Below, piece by piece: positions 58,811-64,000 of a stretch of DNA of 64,000 nt; the first letter of the stretch is position 1; every line of letters starts with the position of its first letter. The notes under the pieces were generated by a model that was not told the DNA's origin, did no database searches, and was given only the letters and a program-made list of their open reading frames with translations. The translations under genes and the position numbers were made by a program. The DNA comes from the human T2T-CHM13v2.0 reference genome, Homo sapiens, in assembly GCF_009914755.1 (NCBI RefSeq), contig NC_060937.1. The stretch is one strand, 5' to 3'.

Positions 58811-61494
58811 CTACCTAGGGGTCAGTGAAGGTTTTGGAAGAGATTGTGTTTAAATAGAACCTTACCATGTTCTGGCTGGAGATTAAGAGAGAACGGACTC
58901 CAGAAACCACATCAAGTTTTCAAATGAAGAAAGAAGCATTACCAGGTCAGAATAGAGTAAGGGAGCTCACCGCCTATAAATGGAGAAAGTGTGCCAAGTG
59001 TGGATGAAAGGGAGTGCTTATAGGGTGCAAAGTATGTCTGGGAGTCCTTCCTGTGGCACAGGAGAAGGCCTTGTAGGGGTGGATTCATTTTAAACCACCT
59101 TATATAAACAAGACCCTTCTTTCCAGTTCTCCAGATGGAGACAGAAGCCAGTGTGTGGAAACGAGTGAATAAATCATGCTTGTGAATGATGAAGGAGGAG
59201 CCTTGTACCTAAAAGTTATCTTCATTCATCAAGTTAAATCTTGCCTCAAAGACTAATCTCTGACCCAGCAAGCAACATTCTGCAGCGGTCAAGATGCATG
59301 CCAATGACAAAAATCTTAATGTACAATATCAAATTGGTATAAGCCACAGTTACACAAAACAGAGGGTAAAGCATGAATTCAGAATCTTCTACAAATTAAT
59401 ATCCAAGATTGAATCAGGGCTGAGCTAGAGGGTTTGATTCTGAATCTTGTAATTCATTCAGGGCCCACCCTCCTTTATTTACTACTAACCACCTTAAGGT
59501 TCAGAAACAGAGATTCTGGGAGGTTGTTTTGACCTAGTTCTCTGTTTTGAATAAGAGGAATCATTTGTGAATCTCTACTAACCCAGCTGGAGGAGGAGCA
59601 GAGAGGAGATTCCCACTATGCAGAGTGAAAGGGAGTCAGTAGCAAGAGTCAGTAGAGATCACCTGACCCACAACAAGTCAAACCTAGACTGCTGGGCAAG
59701 CAGTGAATGGTCACCATTAGCAATTATTTGTTGGGTTAAGAAATGAACAGCACAAATCCTGCAGATTGTATTTTTCTAAAATTAGCTCACAGTCACATAA
59801 TATTTAACAGGGAGGGGGAGAAACAAGCCACCTGAAGATAAAATTGATGGCATTCTATGCTCCCAAAAGACACTTACAATCTTCCAGGAGGAGTGAAGGT
59901 ATTCACTGTCCACTGGGTGACTTTACACCCACATCGTTAAAGTCTTTACCTCACCTAGAGGCTTTACTTTCTCAGAAAACCAAATGATCAAGTTACCAGA
60001 TTAGAAAAACAATCTGTTTTAAGAATGAAAAAGTTTTGGCCTAAAGTGCACTGATGCACTTACTTTTAACAGAGTGACAGGAGATAATTTTTCACAGACT
60101 CAGAGGAGGTGAGCATTGAAAGGGGGCATGGATGTCACTAGCCCAGTGGCAGTACAGCTGTGGAATCCCTTCTCCAGGGGAGGCCCCTCAGCTATCCCAG
60201 TATGTAAAAGAAACCGAAGGGAGCTGCTCTGGCCAAAGTCAGAAAGGGCCTGGAAACCTCAAATCACAGCTTTTGCATAATCCTAAATAAGCCAGTGTAA
60301 AACCAAATAAAACAAAACAAAAAAGGAGACAAAGAAGAAAAATCCCCAAGGAAGCAGAAGCAGTGAAAGTTTGGATGATTTGCTCAAAGACACACAGGTG
60401 TAACGGATGGGTTTGGGATACAGCTCCTGACTCCAGGTTCTGGCTTTTCCTGCTATGCCCACAGATAGGATGTCAAATCCAAATGATGCCATTTCCCCTG
60501 GCAGTGTGTGCGCTCACAGGACCCACATGGTGTATCTGTAAGGCACACTGGAGTAATGGATGGAGGCCATTGGCCCTTGGGGACTGGGTGGTTACAAGCC
60601 TGGCCCAGCCACCCTGAGGGGTGAGAGACATTTTTCTCTCCATACACCTGTAACTCATCCCTGTGGGGAACACGAGCTGGGAAGCTCTAGGCTATGTAGT
60701 CTGGCTCCCTACTCTTCCAGAGAAAAACAAGAGAGGAAAAGATTTTGGCCTGATCATGTTCTAACTGTGCCTTCAGTGTTAATCATGTACTGTTTTCTAC
60801 ACTTGCTCAGCAGCAAGATCTCCTATGCACCTGGAACAGGGCTCTGTGCTAAACCACGTCAGCAGAAGTTGGCTGTGGGGATTGGGAAAGAGGATGGATG
60901 CCAAATGTCTAGCACGGTGGTGACAACAGGAGGTACTCAGTGAAGAGCATTCTCTCCCACCTCCCCACCCACCCGTAGAATTGTTACCAACAGCAGCCTG
61001 TAAACCACAAGGGGGACATCGAAGCTGACTTCCAGTAAACCAGGCTTGCTCAAAGTGGTTAAGAAAAAAAAAGGAACTTTTGCTTTAAACATAGCTTTAA
61101 GAAGAAAAGTTGTTTCTCTTTCAACTAATACAAATATATTTAATATTTGAGATGTTGGCTACATCCACCCTTAATATTATTTTGAAAAGTTCAAGCAGTA
61201 ACAGACCACAAATTGAGAGATATGCAGGCTTCCTCAGATGTGTCAGCTCGATTACACTACTTACTCTGTGGACTTTCTGCTCAGAGATTAACTGTAACCG
61301 TTTCATTTCATTTCACACTTGCCCATTTAAAATGGTATGTCGCTGAGCTAATGCACTTAGCATAGCCATTTCCTGTTTGGTTTTCCTTTTCTATTTAAAT
61401 ACTGTAAAAGACATTGCACTATTCCCTGTGTGGGCTTTAATCAGTAAGTCTAATTTTATTGTGTAAATTACATAACCAGTGGCCTACAAAGGCA

Positions 61495-61890
61495 TCTGCT
61501 TCTAGCCAGTTGTGTGACCTTAGGCAAGTTACTTATTTTCCTTGGTCTCAGGTCTTAGTTAAAAAAAACAGGATTAATAACGCCCCCACTGTTAAGAAAA
61601 TTAATTGTTGGGAGGATTGAGATAATGTGCTTACATTTCTTAGCATACAGGCCCCTTCCCAGATTCTTGTAGGAAGGTAAGAGAGTAATAATTCAGATTC
61701 TGAATGTGCTAGAACTATTCTAAATGCTTTTTGCACATTTACTTAATCTTCTCAAGGACCTTGTGAGCTAGAAACTATGATTATTCTCATTTTACAGAAG
61801 AAGAAACTGGGACATAGAGAGATTAAGGAACTTGACCCCACACACAAGTAAGTGGGGTCAAGTTCATGCAGTTGGTTCCAGAGGCTGAAT
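61495..61890. mobile_element. Two MIRs in opposite orientation
   Basis: tgtgtgaccttaggcaagttactta (+); ttattctcattttacagaagaagaaactgggacatagagagattaag (-). Confidence 0.75.
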
Positions 61891-62409
61891 TCGTAGCTCT
61901 ACGACCCTTGCCAAATGTAGGTTCCTAACATTAACATTTTTGGGTGATTCCATATGTCTGTGATTCATAAATTTTTGTGAGAGAAAGCCAACTTCTCTTT
62001 TAATATAGTCAAAGTGCTGGACAGAAGTTTAATAATTCTATTAGTATAGCCTCTTTTCCCAAGAATAATACTAGATTCAAACCAAGTCAGATAAATGGCT
62101 GCCCAGGCACCTTCCCCTTCTCTGCTAAATGTCCTCTTAATTTAACCAAAGTCTCAGAGAAAACCAAAATCTGTCCTTTGAGTTTCAAATGAATTGCCTC
62201 ATATTCCCATCTGAGGGATGCTTGCACCCCTTTCTCCTCCTGGATTCTAGATGGAGAGGGAAGGTGTAGCTTTATATGCTGCCGGTCAAGTTCCAATTCT
62301 TTCCACAGAAATATTAAATCTATGTATAAATATGTGTATCCCCACGTTGTCCACTGTGGGCTTTCTCTAACATGTGGATCTGGATGTCAAAAATCCAATC
62401 CCTTCCCTT

Positions 62410-62415
<6 letters not shown>

Positions 62416-62442
<27 letters not shown>
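62416..62442. repeat. (AC)n microsatellite
   Basis: ~13 AC units. Confidence 0.97.
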
Positions 62443-62445
<3 letters not shown>

Positions 62446-64000
62446 TTTATCTGTTCTGTTTTGTAATTTATATATACTTTAGATCCTTTGCTGAAGACTT
62501 GGATAAATAAAGGAGTTTATATGATACCAATTCCAACAAATTAAAACAATTTAAAATTAATGTTATATAATTTTTTTCCATCAACTGGGGCCTGTACCAC
62601 GTGGTTCAACAATCTCCCCACTCTTCTACCCAGATTCTCACGAGTAAAAAAATAGTACACTTTCCTTTTTTTATGCACAGCAAGTCAACCCTGTCTTTGT
62701 CCTATCTTTTCCTTCCATAACTTTCCTTAGGCTTTTTTGCTCAACTCTTTGCATCAGGCTGGCTCATCAAGGTAGGAGAAATTCTGAAGCCAGCTGCTGA
62801 GATAGTCTGTTTTCTTAGATGGCATAAAGATTGTCCACAACTGGAATAAGTAATGCATCTCTGAGATTAACCAACCTTGACAGTTACATAGCAAGTTTCA
62901 ACATCCCATTTTAATTCTCTCTCTTACAACTCAAGGCAACTGCCTCTTGTCCTTTGTTCAGAAACCCAGGGTGCAGGATTCATTAACCCTTAACTAATAT
63001 TCCATTGTAGAGATTGTGGGCTTCTTGGTGTGAAAGCTGTTTTTAATTTTCTCCAACCCTTGAGGCCACTGACTGGAGGTGAGGAGACAGAAAGTGAGGC
63101 AAGAGAAGAGGTTACCTGGGAAGGCTCTCAGCACTATGGGGGTGGGAAAGAAAGAGCACTGATCAAAGGACAAAGGGGCAGACTTTAGGTGGCACCACTG
63201 GAGACGACTCAGAGAAGGGACCATGGCAGAGACAGGCTCAAAGCTTGACTTGTCTGGGAGCCCTGCGAGAATAATTTTCAATTTTCAGTAACTGAAAATT
63301 AGGTCCAAGTCTGCCCTGTTTTACGTTTTGCTAATGTGCAGCAAGCTGCCATTTTCTTTCCTCTATTCCTTTGATCTCATGATCAGCATTTCCAATTAAT
63401 ATTTGTTTAACACCAGGCCTGGGGTAGATATTTGGAGAATAGACTGAGAAGAAAATGCCCGCACCCTGCCCTGGAAACTTTCGGAGATGCCTGCTGATTG
63501 TTCTGGTACTGCTGTGCTCGTAACTTCAAAGCAAGTGCGACAGCCATTCTGCCCAGATTCAGTCCCAACCAGCTTCCTACTGGGGGAAGAAAGAACACAA
63601 TAGGAATTAGTTAAATTTCCAGTTTTGCCAAATACATGGACTTTGGCACGCAATCAAAATGTTTTTATAAAAGTTAAAAATGCTTTATGAAAGTGTACAC
63701 TTACAAAGTAGAAAGCTGTTCAGCCCTAGTCCTACCAGCCCTGGGAATGCAGACAGCCTGGTCCTGAAGGATGGTGGCCGGGGGCAGTAAGATCTTCCAG
63801 CAACACTTCAGAGTGGATGCCATCAGATGACGGCTTCTCCTCAGGGAAGCCATTTGCCATCAAACAAAAATATTTCCTTTCATTTAATTATGTGGATTTT
63901 TGCTAAATTAAATGCACTAAGAGGCTGGGATCCAACATTTACAAAGGAGAAATCTCAGACTCCTCTGGTTTCTGCTGGCCTGTGCTTTCTTGAAAACAGA

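Overview
Primate (probably human or great ape) non-coding DNA, intergenic or intronic. Evidence: 13 Alus including an AluY and a young L1PA2-type insertion. I can support no host protein-coding gene, RNA gene, CpG-island promoter or CRISPR. The only recognisable protein ORFs are C-terminal ORF2 fragments of two 5'-truncated L1s; the other ORFs are chance or Alu-derived. Much of the window is fossil transposable elements: L1M, L2, MIR, MaLR LTRs (MST/MLT), ERV1 LTRs and hAT MITEs (MER1B, MER20, MER33, MER94, MER96B). The standout structure is at 23.4-32.6 kb. A ~625-bp inverted duplication of host sequence flanks a 7.65-kb segment that appears inverted. Each arm is joined to a different truncated MST retroelement, and the two LTR 3' ends abut a reciprocal 5-bp target site (CCCAG / CTGGG). 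This reconstructs as an aberrant two-donor LTR integration patched with copied host DNA, followed by inversion and gene conversion. Smaller oddities include short templated insertions and several near-perfect hairpins. Repeat subfamily names are from recall of consensus sequences, not a database search. Boundaries of old elements are approximate.
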